From the sequence record SRR31156797_1336: 58,264 bases of DNA; one strand, given 5' to 3'. The notes beneath the pieces were generated by a model. The model had not been told where the DNA came from. It saw only the letters and a program-made list of their open reading frames with translations, and made no database searches. Below, piece by piece: positions 11,449 to 21,741 of the stretch (positions are counted from its first letter, which is position 1; every line of letters starts with the position of its first letter). Made by a program: the position numbers and the translations under genes.

Positions 11449-11830
11449 TTTGTCTCTCCCTTTTAGATTTTATCAACATACTATTATAACATATATATTT
11501 TTTATTTTTCAATACAATAAAATTAACAAAAGGCTATTGAACGAATGCTTTTATCCAGTCTTTGACAAGTATCCTTTTGCGAAATAATTATATTTTTTAC
11601 TTAGTTTATTTTTTGACTAAGAGCAGTATACTATATAATATATGTATTATCAATACTCCCAACTACTAATAACACAAAATCCGATATTAAATGTGTCAGT
11701 TTTGTGTAGAAATACATGGAAACAAGTGAACAAAGCTCAAAGAAACCGGATTTTTCTTTATTTATGTCGTAATTAATGTATAATGTATTCTAGTAGATTA
11801 TAAATAGATATACAAATAATGGAGGTTCCT

Positions 11831-13105
11831 ATGAACGAAAGGACTATAACAATAAGACCAGTAAAAGTAGCAGTCATCGGTATTGTTATTTTATTACTTT
11901 TAGCTATAATAACATCTTGTGCTACATTTTTGGTCACGAAACATATTTATGGAATAGGAAATTTAAAACTAGATTCCTTTTTATCTTTAAAAGCTGATGA
12001 ATATGCATTACTTGATGATGTTTATAATATTTTGGATAAAAACTATATAGAGGACGTTGATAAAGACGAATTAATTGTTCAGGCTGCAAAAGGTATGGTA
12101 TATGGTTCGGGTGATACATACGGTGCATACTTTACAGAGGAAGAATTCACTGAGTTTACCAAGGAAGACAACGGCGAGTACGTAGGCATCGGTGTTCTAA
12201 TCAATATCGGTGACAACAATACGATTACAATTGCACAAGTATACAGCGATTCTCCAGCTCATGATGCAGGCATTCTGCCAGGAGATATAATTGTAGGCGT
12301 TGATGGTGAAAGTGTAGTAGGTGTCGATTATACAATTGTAGTAGATAAAGTACGAGGTATAGCAGGAACAGAGGTCACAGTAACTGTAAACAGAAACGGT
12401 GAGGAACTGGATTTCCCAATGGAAAGAGCAGAGATTATCGCTGACCAGGCATCATGGGAAATGCTTGATAACAATATCGGCTATCTTGACCTACAGGAAT
12501 TCTCCGGTAATGCCAGTGAATTATTCCACAAAGGACTTTTGGAATTAATCGAACAGGGAGCAAAAGGCATTGTATTAGACTTAAGGTATAATCCTGGCGG
12601 AAGCAAGGACATAGCTGTTGAAATAGGCGATACTCTATTCCCTGAAGGTAAAATAATCACATTAATTGACAGCTCAGGCAAAGAAGAAACTGACTACTCA
12701 GATGCTGAATTCCTAGACATTCCGTTAGTAGTACTAGTAAATGAAGGATCTGCATCAGCCAGTGAACTAATTTCAGGATGTGTGCAGGACTATGGTGTCG
12801 GCATACTTGTAGGTGAAACTACATTCGGCAAGGGTGTAGCGCAGAGCTTCTTCAACGTATCTCATGGCGGCGTAGTGCGAGTCACTTCCAGCTACTATGA
12901 AACTGCAGCAGGCAGATGTCCTCAGGATGTAGGATTTGAGCCTGATGTATATGTTGAAGCTAGTGAGGAATTAACAAGTGACTTTACTTTGATGGGAACT
13001 GATGCTGATAATCAATTACAGACTGCACTAGAGGCCCTGTATGAAATTATTGAACTGGGCAATGGTTCAGGCACAGCGGGCGTAGCTGAGTATCTGGATA
13101 AATAA
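11831..13105 (+). CDS. S41 family carboxy-terminal processing protease with PDZ domain
   Basis: YVGIGV PDZ, LDLRYNPGG, VLVNEGSASASE, GETTFGKG; RBS GGAGG before ATG 11831. Confidence 0.93.
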   Translation: MNERTITIRPVKVAVIGIVILLLLAIITSCATFLVTKHIYGIGNLKLDSFLSLKADEYALLDDVYNILDKNYIEDVDKDELIVQAAKGMVYGSGDTYGAYFTEEEFTEFTKEDNGEYVGIGVLINIGDNNTITIAQVYSDSPAHDAGILPGDIIVGVDGESVVGVDYTIVVDKVRGIAGTEVTVTVNRNGEELDFPMERAEIIADQASWEMLDNNIGYLDLQEFSGNASELFHKGLLELIEQGAKGIVLDLRYNPGGSKDIAVEIGDTLFPEGKIITLIDSSGKEETDYSDAEFLDIPLVVLVNEGSASASELISGCVQDYGVGILVGETTFGKGVAQSFFNVSHGGVVRVTSSYYETAAGRCPQDVGFEPDVYVEASEELTSDFTLMGTDADNQLQTALEALYEIIELGNGSGTAGVAEYLDK

Positions 13106-13126
13106 TTAGAAAAGCAGTAAAATTAC

Positions 13127-13162
13127 AAAAAAGGTGTACATCGATTTTGACGTACACCTTTT
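13127..13162. terminator. Bidirectional terminator
   Basis: AAAAAAGGTGTAC...GTACACCTTTT between convergent genes. Confidence 0.75.
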
Positions 13163-13180
13163 ATAATTATAAATCAATTA

Positions 13181-14218
13181 TTAGTAATTTTCCTCCAAGA
13201 ATTCTATAGAGTACATCTCTCCCAAATCTGCTGCTATTTTTAGCAATTCATATGCCTTATCCTTGTCTATATCTACATAATCACCATAATAGTACATCAA
13301 CCCTAAGCAATAAATGCAGTATGGCTCATCGTATTCATATGCACCAATTGAAAGATAGTTATATGCCTTTTCCATGTCCACATCAACAAAATTCCCCACA
13401 TAATACATATGACCCAAATATTTATATGCCTCTGATGATCCTAGCTTTTCACCAGTCAGAAATAAATCCAGTGCCTTTTCTCCATCGACTTCAAAATATT
13501 GACCATAATAATACATTGAACCAAGAGTAACAGCACATGACCCATTGCCTGCTTCTGCTCCCAACTCAAAATATTTTGCAGCTGTACCTAAATCCTGCTC
13601 AACATAGTTACCTAAATAATACAGCCAGCCCATCAGGTCATAGCTCATACCATCATCTCCTGCTATTCCCCATTCAGAATACTTATATACCATCTCATAA
13701 TCTGTATCGCATCCTAAACCATAGTAATACATATAGCTTGCATATCCGCTGGCAGTTGTATTTCCCATACTTGCTGATTTCTCATAAAAATCCAGAGCTA
13801 ATTCATAATTCCTCTCTGTGCCTAATCCCTCATAGTATATTAATCCTAATACCAGTAAAGAACCATCTGTATATGTATTTTCCCTGTGTATGCATTCAGC
13901 AAAACATCTTTTAGCATTTTTATAGTCACCTATTTCCAAGAAATTTGTACCCTCACTAAACAAATCATCTTCATCTATATTAAGCTCCTTGGATATTTTC
14001 CCTTCAGCTATAATTTCATCAATTTTAACCTCTCCGATGCTTCTGTTAGCTAATACCTCCTGCTCCAGCTCATCTGCATAGTTTATTACAGAGCGAATAG
14101 CAAAAAAGCTGCCAATTGCAAGCATAGCCATAACCAAGATGATTACTATTATAGTTATGACTACAAATCTATTACTGTTCTTCTGATTGTTTTGTATATT
14201 TGTATCTTTTTCCTGCAT
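13181..14218 (-). CDS. Sel1-like repeat membrane protein
   Basis: N-terminal TM helix; repeated LGxxYYxGxxVxxDxxxAxxY/F units. Confidence 0.88.
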   Translation of the reverse strand: MQEKDTNIQNNQKNSNRFVVITIIVIILVMAMLAIGSFFAIRSVINYADELEQEVLANRSIGEVKIDEIIAEGKISKELNIDEDDLFSEGTNFLEIGDYKNAKRCFAECIHRENTYTDGSLLVLGLIYYEGLGTERNYELALDFYEKSASMGNTTASGYASYMYYYGLGCDTDYEMVYKYSEWGIAGDDGMSYDLMGWLYYLGNYVEQDLGTAAKYFELGAEAGNGSCAVTLGSMYYYGQYFEVDGEKALDLFLTGEKLGSSEAYKYLGHMYYVGNFVDVDMEKAYNYLSIGAYEYDEPYCIYCLGLMYYYGDYVDIDKDKAYELLKIAADLGEMYSIEFLEENY

Positions 14219-14234
14219 ATATCCCCCTGTATAT

Positions 14235-15410
14235 CTAATATGCGTCTATATGCCAATTTCCATAGAAATCCCTGTAAAGTCCAACTGATTCTTCATAATC
14301 CAGCACCAATCTTGCTCTTTCATTGTAATACAGTTCCAAGCCAAAATCAGCTGATACTTTCACATTCAGCAGTACATCATCGCTGCCATCCATGCTGGAA
14401 TACTCTCTTAGGAAATTACCAAATGGTATAGCGTAGTCACAGCCAAAATCTGCCATAGTCATCGTTACATTATCCATTTCATCAATTTCAAATACAGCTC
14501 CGTCTATGCCGATGACTTCTTTGTTGTCTTGCCTTAATAGGAACTCTGTTACATCAGCTATATATATAGAATTATCAAAATTTACAGCTATTGCATAATT
14601 CTCGCTGTCTATTTTTATCAGTTCAACGTTATTACCCTTTGAATATAGTTCAGAGCTTCCATCATTATAGTTAACCTGCAGTCCAAAATCCTCATCTACA
14701 TTTACGGAAAATAGGTGTTTGTCATTGATACTGCCTTCATAATCAATAAGTATTTCACCTTTTGAATTAATTGATTTTACTCTATGATCTACAATAGGTA
14801 CATTGACAATTGTACCTGATTCCAGTTCTACTTCAATATGCTCTAGGACCAAATCTTTCTTTGTCTTTGTTAAAGCCAGAAATTCAAAGTCAGTAATAAC
14901 TCCCTTGTATATTCTTGTACCTGCTCCTATTGATTTGGATGAATCAAATGTGTAGTAGCCTTCCTCGTCAATGAACAAGTTCATCTCTTCGCCTTCTACA
15001 TAGGCAGCCTTACCACCTGAATAGAATTCAATTTCTGCAATATTGTTATCATTGCTGTCTGTATGGGCCCTTACCTTACCCTCGATGTCCTCTAAATTAA
15101 ACACCTCACGAGTATTATCATCAAACCGAATTTCCAAGCCGATTACCGAATTCTCATCCATTATAATATTTATGAGTTTGCATCTGACTACTCCGTCCTG
15201 AGTATACTCAATATCATTTTCATATTCAATATTCTGCACTTCGCTGAGTACATAGCTGTCATATGCTACTACTTCTGTTTCCTTAGGTTCTTTGGTTACT
15301 TCAGGCTTTTGTGTTTCATTTATAATTATTTCATCTTCACAACCTGACATTCCAAATACAGAAATGATTAACAATGTATATATCAATAATATTTTCTTAT
15401 GCTTTTTCAA
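14235..15410 (-). CDS. Hypothetical lipoprotein
   Basis: Basic N-terminus, hydrophobic core, MSGC lipobox; TTG 15410 follows RBS GGAGGAG. Confidence 0.65.
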   Translation of the reverse strand: MKKHKKILLIYTLLIISVFGMSGCEDEIIINETQKPEVTKEPKETEVVAYDSYVLSEVQNIEYENDIEYTQDGVVRCKLINIIMDENSVIGLEIRFDDNTREVFNLEDIEGKVRAHTDSNDNNIAEIEFYSGGKAAYVEGEEMNLFIDEEGYYTFDSSKSIGAGTRIYKGVITDFEFLALTKTKKDLVLEHIEVELESGTIVNVPIVDHRVKSINSKGEILIDYEGSINDKHLFSVNVDEDFGLQVNYNDGSSELYSKGNNVELIKIDSENYAIAVNFDNSIYIADVTEFLLRQDNKEVIGIDGAVFEIDEMDNVTMTMADFGCDYAIPFGNFLREYSSMDGSDDVLLNVKVSADFGLELYYNERARLVLDYEESVGLYRDFYGNWHIDAY

Positions 15411-15432
15411 TATCTCCTCCAAAGAAATAAGT

Positions 15433-16782
15433 CTATTCCATTACAACAACTACGCAGTTGCCGATATCCACCCATTCATACATGAACAGTGCATGTGATG
15501 TATAGTTGCGTACACACATGTGTGACTTTGGCGTTGTACCCAGAGAAGACAGGCTCTCCGCATAGCTTGAAGGTGCGGTCCTGTTGCCTGCAGCATCGAT
15601 ACTGTAGTTCATAGGCACTCCGTGAAGATATGCCCCTGCTGTAAATCTGATGGAGTATGGTGCAAAGCCAACTATTATATCAGTGCCGTCTTGTACATAG
15701 TTGAATTTTGATTTTTTCTGCATTGCCATGAAATATCCAAGAGGTGTTGGGATGGAGAATTCACCGGATTTACCGGTAGATGAGTAGGACATTGATATTA
15801 TCTTCCAGTCATCTTCCTTTTCGAAAACAACAATATTCTGCATTGCCCTGTCTACTACCACACATTGAGTAAATTCCTCAAACGAATTATCATTTTCTAG
15901 ATATTTTCCCTTTATCCAAAGTGATTCTTCAAAATACGGAATATAGGTTTTTACTGCAAGTTTTTCTTCCTTATTAAACTGCTCTATCAGTACTTCCCTC
16001 ATATCTTCCACATCGTCGTATTTACTTGGAACCTTGGAATATTCATGTTCTAAATCTCTATCCTCGAAGCTGCCATCTGGCATAACTACATAGGGGAAAG
16101 TATCAATGTCTGTAGTTGTCACCATTTCCTCTGAAATACCCAGCATTCCATCGGGAATATATCGGAAATCCCCGTCCATAGTACTGTCATAATATCCAGC
16201 TGCAGCCTGACCACGCCTATTTCCAAATTCATCATTGGACTTACCGTTCAGCCTAGGAGCTGATCCATTTGAATTCTTGTAGTTTTCTACATATAGTACT
16301 TCATTGTTATTTATTGCTTGGGAAAAAATGTCTATTTTTTCTACCATTTCATCCAATTGAAAAGACCTTAAGGATACATCCTCAACGTGAATATAACCGT
16401 AAACATATTCTCCGTTAACCTTAGACTTGATGATATAGAATTCATCGCCTTCATTGTCTTCAATTTTCTGATACACAGGGAATTTCTCTCCATAGGACAT
16501 TCTGTCATGCCTTTTTGTCTCCTGCTCTGCATCAGGATAAATGCTTTTTTTGGATGAACCAACATTAACTACATAATTAGGGTATACAGAGTACTTATCA
16601 TACTCTATATCCATATCAACAATATGGCTAAAATCTGTTTCATATACTTCCAATATCTTATAATCATGCTCTAAATCTTCATTTGCGTAAGCAGAATTGA
16701 AATCAGTCTCGGATATATTTATTACCCCAAAAATAATTATGGCAGTTAATAAAACGACTATTATTTTGCTTTTCTTTTTCAA
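15433..16782 (-). CDS. L,D-transpeptidase (YkuD family)
   Basis: Signal/TM segment; TPLGYF, YLHGVP, LGTTPKSHMCVRN catalytic region. Confidence 0.88.
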   Translation of the reverse strand: MKKKSKIIVVLLTAIIIFGVINISETDFNSAYANEDLEHDYKILEVYETDFSHIVDMDIEYDKYSVYPNYVVNVGSSKKSIYPDAEQETKRHDRMSYGEKFPVYQKIEDNEGDEFYIIKSKVNGEYVYGYIHVEDVSLRSFQLDEMVEKIDIFSQAINNNEVLYVENYKNSNGSAPRLNGKSNDEFGNRRGQAAAGYYDSTMDGDFRYIPDGMLGISEEMVTTTDIDTFPYVVMPDGSFEDRDLEHEYSKVPSKYDDVEDMREVLIEQFNKEEKLAVKTYIPYFEESLWIKGKYLENDNSFEEFTQCVVVDRAMQNIVVFEKEDDWKIISMSYSSTGKSGEFSIPTPLGYFMAMQKKSKFNYVQDGTDIIVGFAPYSIRFTAGAYLHGVPMNYSIDAAGNRTAPSSYAESLSSLGTTPKSHMCVRNYTSHALFMYEWVDIGNCVVVVME

Positions 16783-16971
16783 TATATTTCTCCAAATAAT
16801 ATTTGTTTAAAATATTTTACAAATAGACTAATCTTTGCTTCTCTGACTATGATAATAACGTAAATCTGCATCATTTGCAATAAGATTGATATAAAATCAT
16901 AATACAAATTAATACAATCGTATTATTTGTATATTTATACTTATTTATGCATATGTTTCCACGTAAATTAC

Positions 16972-17009
16972 AAAAAAATAGCCACTAGAACACTTCGCTC
17001 TAGTGGCTT
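16972..17009 (-). terminator. Terminator of the hydrogenase operon
   Basis: AGCCACTAGA...TCTAGTGGCT hairpin with a T-tract on the minus strand. Confidence 0.75.
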
Positions 17010-17112
17010 GTTGCTACTTATAACTTTTCTCCCATCCTATATCTGATTACTTAGATAATAAATAAATCGCTAAGCAAAATATTTCTCACCCAATTATAAA
17101 CTATCTGGTACT

Positions 17113-18840
17113 TTAATACAAGTCTCTTTTGACATATTTCGTATGAAGAAGTTCGTGAGAAATATGTCCGCCCGGCTCACCCAACCATTCATCATATAGT
17201 TTTTTAACTGATGGGTTTTCATGTGACTTACGCAATGCTTTTCCTCTGTCCTCTGAGTACAAAGCCTTTGCACGCTCGGCACAAACATCTGTTGATAATC
17301 TAGTCTTTGCATCTACCAAAGGCTGTCCGCCGCCGTTGATACATCCGCCAGGACATGCCATAATCTCGATGAAATGATATTCTCTTTCACCACGCCTTAT
17401 AGAATCAAGCAGTTCGCGAGCCTTACCTGTACCATGAGCAACAGCGATTTTTACATCCAAGTCACCAACTTTAATAGTCGCTTCCTTGATACCTGCCATA
17501 CCTCTGATATCGTCAAACTCGATTTTTTCTAATGTTTCGCCAGTCAGTATTTCATATACTGTACGTAGTGCAGCTTCCATAACGCCGCCTGTAACACCGA
17601 AGATAACAGCAGCACCAGTGGAGTCGCCTAATACAGGGTCAAAGTCTTCATCTGGCAAAGCATTAAAGTCAATACCTGACATCTTTATCATACGTGCCAA
17701 TTCCTGAGTTGTGATTACGATATCTACATCATCTTCGAATTCAGGACGTCCAGCTTCAAATTTCTTAGCTGAACATGGCATAACAGATACTGAGCAGATT
17801 TTCTTTGGATCGATATTATTCTTTTTAGCATAGTAATTCTTTATTACTGCACCCATCATCTGTTGTGGAGATTTACAGGAAGACATATTATCTAGGAAAT
17901 CATGATAATTATGCTCCATAAATTTAATCCAGCCTGGTGAACATGAAGTAATCATTGGCAATACGCCGCCGTTTTGCACTCTGTCGATAAACTCAGCGCC
18001 TTCCTCCATGATAGTTAAGTCAGCAGAAAAGTCTGTGTCAAATACTCTGTCAACGCCTAGTCTGCGGATGGCAGCAGCCATTTTACCTGTAACTGGTGTA
18101 CCCATTGGCAGACCAAATTCTTCACCTAGAGCAGCACGTACAGCTGGAGCTGTCTGAACTACTACGTGCATTTCTGGGTTAGCTATTGCTTCAAATACCT
18201 TGTGTGTTTCATCAACGATTGTGATAGCACCTGTTGGACATGCCTGTATACATTGACCGCAGTTGATGCAGGCAACGTCGCCTAGACTGCTTTTGAACGC
18301 TGGCTCAACGATTGTCTTAAATCCACGTTCTGTAGGTCCTATTACGCCGATTTTTTGTACCACTCCGCAGGCTGACACACAGCGTCTGCATAGGATGCAT
18401 TTATTGGGGTCACGAACCATAGCAGGTGATGATAAGTCCAGTGCGTGCATATCACACTCACCTTCAAAGCGAAGAACGTCAACGTTCATTTGCTTTGACA
18501 TTTCCTGTAGTTCGCATTTCATGCTTCTGTCACATGTCAGGCATGATCTGTCGTGGTTTGATAGGATTAATTCCAGATTCATTCTGCGTGCATCCTGAAT
18601 TTCCTTTGTATTTGTCTTTACTTCCATACCTTCTGCAACAGGCAGAGTACATGCAGCAAGCAGTGTTCTGCCGCCTGTATCTACAACACACATTCTGCAT
18701 CCGCCGAATGAGTTTACTCCCTTCATATAGCATAGAGTTGGAATATTTATTCCTATTTTTTTAGCCGCATTAAGTACAGTAGTGCCTTCAGCAACTTCTA
18801 CCTTAACGCCGTCTATAGTTAAAGATACCATTTTTGCCAT
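17113..18840 (-). CDS. hydA: NADH-dependent [FeFe]-hydrogenase, catalytic subunit (group A)
   Basis: N-terminal 2Fe-2S and 4Fe-4S Cys motifs; H-cluster motifs TSCSPGW, MPCSAKKFE, EIMACPGGCINGGGQP. Confidence 0.95.
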   Translation of the reverse strand: MAKMVSLTIDGVKVEVAEGTTVLNAAKKIGINIPTLCYMKGVNSFGGCRMCVVDTGGRTLLAACTLPVAEGMEVKTNTKEIQDARRMNLELILSNHDRSCLTCDRSMKCELQEMSKQMNVDVLRFEGECDMHALDLSSPAMVRDPNKCILCRRCVSACGVVQKIGVIGPTERGFKTIVEPAFKSSLGDVACINCGQCIQACPTGAITIVDETHKVFEAIANPEMHVVVQTAPAVRAALGEEFGLPMGTPVTGKMAAAIRRLGVDRVFDTDFSADLTIMEEGAEFIDRVQNGGVLPMITSCSPGWIKFMEHNYHDFLDNMSSCKSPQQMMGAVIKNYYAKKNNIDPKKICSVSVMPCSAKKFEAGRPEFEDDVDIVITTQELARMIKMSGIDFNALPDEDFDPVLGDSTGAAVIFGVTGGVMEAALRTVYEILTGETLEKIEFDDIRGMAGIKEATIKVGDLDVKIAVAHGTGKARELLDSIRRGEREYHFIEIMACPGGCINGGGQPLVDAKTRLSTDVCAERAKALYSEDRGKALRKSHENPSVKKLYDEWLGEPGGHISHELLHTKYVKRDLY

Positions 18841-18857
18841 AATTTATTATATCCTTT

Positions 18858-20705
18858 CTACTTTACATAAATAGCGTCAAAGTGACAGCTTTCAATACAC
18901 ATGCCGCACTTGATACACTTAGATTTGTCGATTTTGTAAGGTGACTTTCTTACACCCTTAATACAGTTAACTGGGCAGTTTCTAGCACATACACCGCAGC
19001 CAACGCATTTTTCTGGGTCAATATTGTATCTGATTAGAGCCTTACAGTTACCTGCTGGACATACAGCTTGATGGATATGAGCTTTGTATTCGTCCTCAAA
19101 ATATCTTAGAGTAGATAATACTGGGTTTGATGCTGTCTGTCCAAGTCCGCATAGAGCAGTTCTTTTCATTGTAGCTCCCAAGTCTTTTAGCAGCTGAATG
19201 TCGCCTTCCTTACCCTTACCTGTTGATATTCTCTCTAGGATTTCCAGCATTCTCTTAGTACCGATTCTGCATGGTACGCATTTACCGCAGGATTCATCTA
19301 CAGTAAAGTCTAGGAAGAAACGAGCGATGTCAACCATACAGTTGTCTTCGTCCATGATAATCAGTCCGCCTGAACCCATCATTGTACCAATTTCCTGTAA
19401 TGAATCATAATCAATTGGTGTATCAATATGTTGTACAGGTATACATCCGCCAGAAGGTCCACCTGTCTGTGCAGCCTTAAATTCCTTATCATCAGGAATA
19501 CCGCCGCCCATGTTATATATGATATCACGCAGCTTTGTTCCCATTGGAACTTCAACTAGCCCTGGGTTATTTATCTTTCCGCCTAGTGCAAATACCTTTG
19601 TACCAGATGATTTCTCTGTACCCATTGTCTTGAACCAGTCTGAGCCTTTGTTTATTATCTGTGGAATATTAGCAAATGTACCAACGTTATTGATAACTGT
19701 TGGCTTGCCGAATACACCCTTTACTGCAGGGAATGGTGGCTTTGGTCTTGGCTCACCACGCTCACCTTCTATAGATGCAATCAGAGCAGTTTCCTCTCCG
19801 CATACGAATGCACCAGCACCTAGGCGAAGTTCGATCTCAAAGTCGAAACCGCTGCCCATGATATTCTTGCCCAATAGACCTTTATCCGTAGCTTGCTTGA
19901 TAGCAATCTCCAGTCTCTCAACTGCCAATGGATACTCTGCACGGATATATACATAACCGATAGATGCACCAATAGTAAATCCTGCAATTGTCATAGCTTC
20001 AAGCAATGCATGTGGGTCACCCTCTAGTACTGAACGGTTCATGAATGCACCTGGGTCGCCTTCGTCAGCATTACATACTACGTATTTCTGATCAGCTTCA
20101 CCTAGAGTGAACTTCCACTTTAATCCGGTTGGGAATCCAGCACCGCCGCGACCTCTTAGACCAGAATCAAGCAGAGTATTGATTACATCCATATTTGACA
20201 TAGATGTCAGTACCTTATCCAGTGCCTTGTAACCGTCTCTTGCAATATACTCATCAATGTTTTCTGGATCGATGATACCGCAGTTTTGCAGAACAACTCT
20301 TGTCTGTGCCTTAATATAACTGATTTCGTCAATACGAGTTGTATCCTCATTATCTGCTGCACCGACGGTATATTCCTTAACTACTTTACCGCCCTTAATG
20401 TGTTCATCTAATATTCTTTGAGCTTTTTCCTTATCAACGAAAACATAAGTAGTTCTCTTGTCTCCGTCATATACTTCCATCATTGGTTCTAGTCGGCATG
20501 TACCGATACAACCTGTCTTTTTGACCAGAACATTATCTAGGTCTTTTGCACCTTCTGCTAATAAATCATAAACTGGCTTTGCACCTGCTGCTATACCACA
20601 TGTAGCCATACCAACTACTACACGCATACAACTGCGGTTATCATCCAGGCAGTTATCCGCAAGGGTGCTAGTTTTGATTTTCTCTAATTCTCTTTTAGTA
20701 ATCAC
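18858..20705 (-). CDS. hydB: [FeFe]-hydrogenase flavin/NADH-binding subunit (NuoF-like)
   Basis: GLRGRGGAGFPTG, CNADEGDPGAF, GAGAFVCGEETAL, ESCGKCVPCR, C-terminal 2x[4Fe-4S]. Confidence 0.93.
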   Translation of the reverse strand: MITKRELEKIKTSTLADNCLDDNRSCMRVVVGMATCGIAAGAKPVYDLLAEGAKDLDNVLVKKTGCIGTCRLEPMMEVYDGDKRTTYVFVDKEKAQRILDEHIKGGKVVKEYTVGAADNEDTTRIDEISYIKAQTRVVLQNCGIIDPENIDEYIARDGYKALDKVLTSMSNMDVINTLLDSGLRGRGGAGFPTGLKWKFTLGEADQKYVVCNADEGDPGAFMNRSVLEGDPHALLEAMTIAGFTIGASIGYVYIRAEYPLAVERLEIAIKQATDKGLLGKNIMGSGFDFEIELRLGAGAFVCGEETALIASIEGERGEPRPKPPFPAVKGVFGKPTVINNVGTFANIPQIINKGSDWFKTMGTEKSSGTKVFALGGKINNPGLVEVPMGTKLRDIIYNMGGGIPDDKEFKAAQTGGPSGGCIPVQHIDTPIDYDSLQEIGTMMGSGGLIIMDEDNCMVDIARFFLDFTVDESCGKCVPCRIGTKRMLEILERISTGKGKEGDIQLLKDLGATMKRTALCGLGQTASNPVLSTLRYFEDEYKAHIHQAVCPAGNCKALIRYNIDPEKCVGCGVCARNCPVNCIKGVRKSPYKIDKSKCIKCGMCIESCHFDAIYVK

Positions 20706-20720
20706 TTTAACACCTCCAAG

Positions 20721-21182
20721 TTAGTATTTTTTCAGTATGTCTGAAATCTGGTCAACAGTTACCTGTCCGTAAACATCATCATCAATCATCATAACTGGTG
20801 CTAAACCGCAGCAGCCAAGGCAGCGTGTGCCTATTAGTGTAAACTTACCGTCTGTAGTAGTTTCACCTGCTTTTACGCTTAGCTCATCCTCCAGCTTGTT
20901 CAGGATTGCTTGTGCGCCTTTAACATAACAAGCTGTTCCTAAGCACAAACCGATTGAATGGTCGCCTTGCTTTTCCAGATTGAACTGTGAGTAGAAAGTT
21001 GCAACTCCGTATACTTCCGTCATCGGAACATCCAGACCCAGTGCAATAAACTTCTGCACATCAAATGGCAGATAACCAAAAAGCTCTTGTGCTTTTTGCA
21101 TTACCGGCATTAGTGGTCCCTTTGTGTCCTTCATTTCGTCAATATAGCTTTGGAGTTTTTCATAATTAGCTTTATCTGACAT
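20721..21182 (-). CDS. hydC: [FeFe]-hydrogenase 2Fe-2S subunit (NuoE-like)
   Basis: YGVATFYSQF, CLGTACYVKG, RCLGCCGLAP. Confidence 0.93.
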   Translation of the reverse strand: MSDKANYEKLQSYIDEMKDTKGPLMPVMQKAQELFGYLPFDVQKFIALGLDVPMTEVYGVATFYSQFNLEKQGDHSIGLCLGTACYVKGAQAILNKLEDELSVKAGETTTDGKFTLIGTRCLGCCGLAPVMMIDDDVYGQVTVDQISDILKKY

Positions 21183-21304
21183 AGAACGTCCCCCTAATAA
21201 AATATTATAAATTTAATTTTTCACAAATTGAAATCTAACCTGAAAGTTCATTTTGATATTAAGAAATTCTTTATAATTCACAGAACTTACACGTTGCAGA
21301 AAGA

Positions 21305-21398
21305 TTGATAAATATTTAACAAAATTTCCGGAGTTCATTATATCATACACTTAAAATAGATAGTATTACTTAATAAATATTTGTCAAAAAATTAACGA
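21305..21398. promoter_or_regulatory. Two putative Rex operators in the hydCBA promoter
   Basis: TTGATAA-N4-TTAACAA (21305-21322) and TTGTCAA-N4-TTAACGA (21381-21398) versus clostridial consensus TTGTTAA-N4-TTAACAA. Confidence 0.65.
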
Positions 21399-21741
21399 TA
21401 TATTTTCGTTATTTGTTTATTATGTATTTTTTTGTATATTTCTATTCGTTTTTATGGTATTAATTGGTAATTTATCGATAAGGATTTATCTCTATACTAG
21501 GTATTTGCTCCATTGAACATAATATTTTTTATAAATTCTAGAACTTTATTTATTCTATTTACATCATTTTACAAACAGTATACAAGAAGCATAATATATA
21601 CAACAAGCTGAGAATTAGCTTAATATACAACAAAAATCCTAGAGCTTTGTTTGCTGCAATATGCCCTTCTATTGCAATATAACAGTAAATCCCCTATAAT
21701 ATAAATAATTTATTAATTCTTTATTCTTAAGGGGAATCAAA

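Noticed and set aside
16953-16968. parS-like TGTTTCCACGTAAATT
   Set aside because: Too many mismatches to TGTTTCACGTGAAACA.
17925-17950. TSCSPGW instead of TSCCPGW in HydA
   Set aside because: This variant is common among multimeric group A hydrogenases, so it is not treated as novel.
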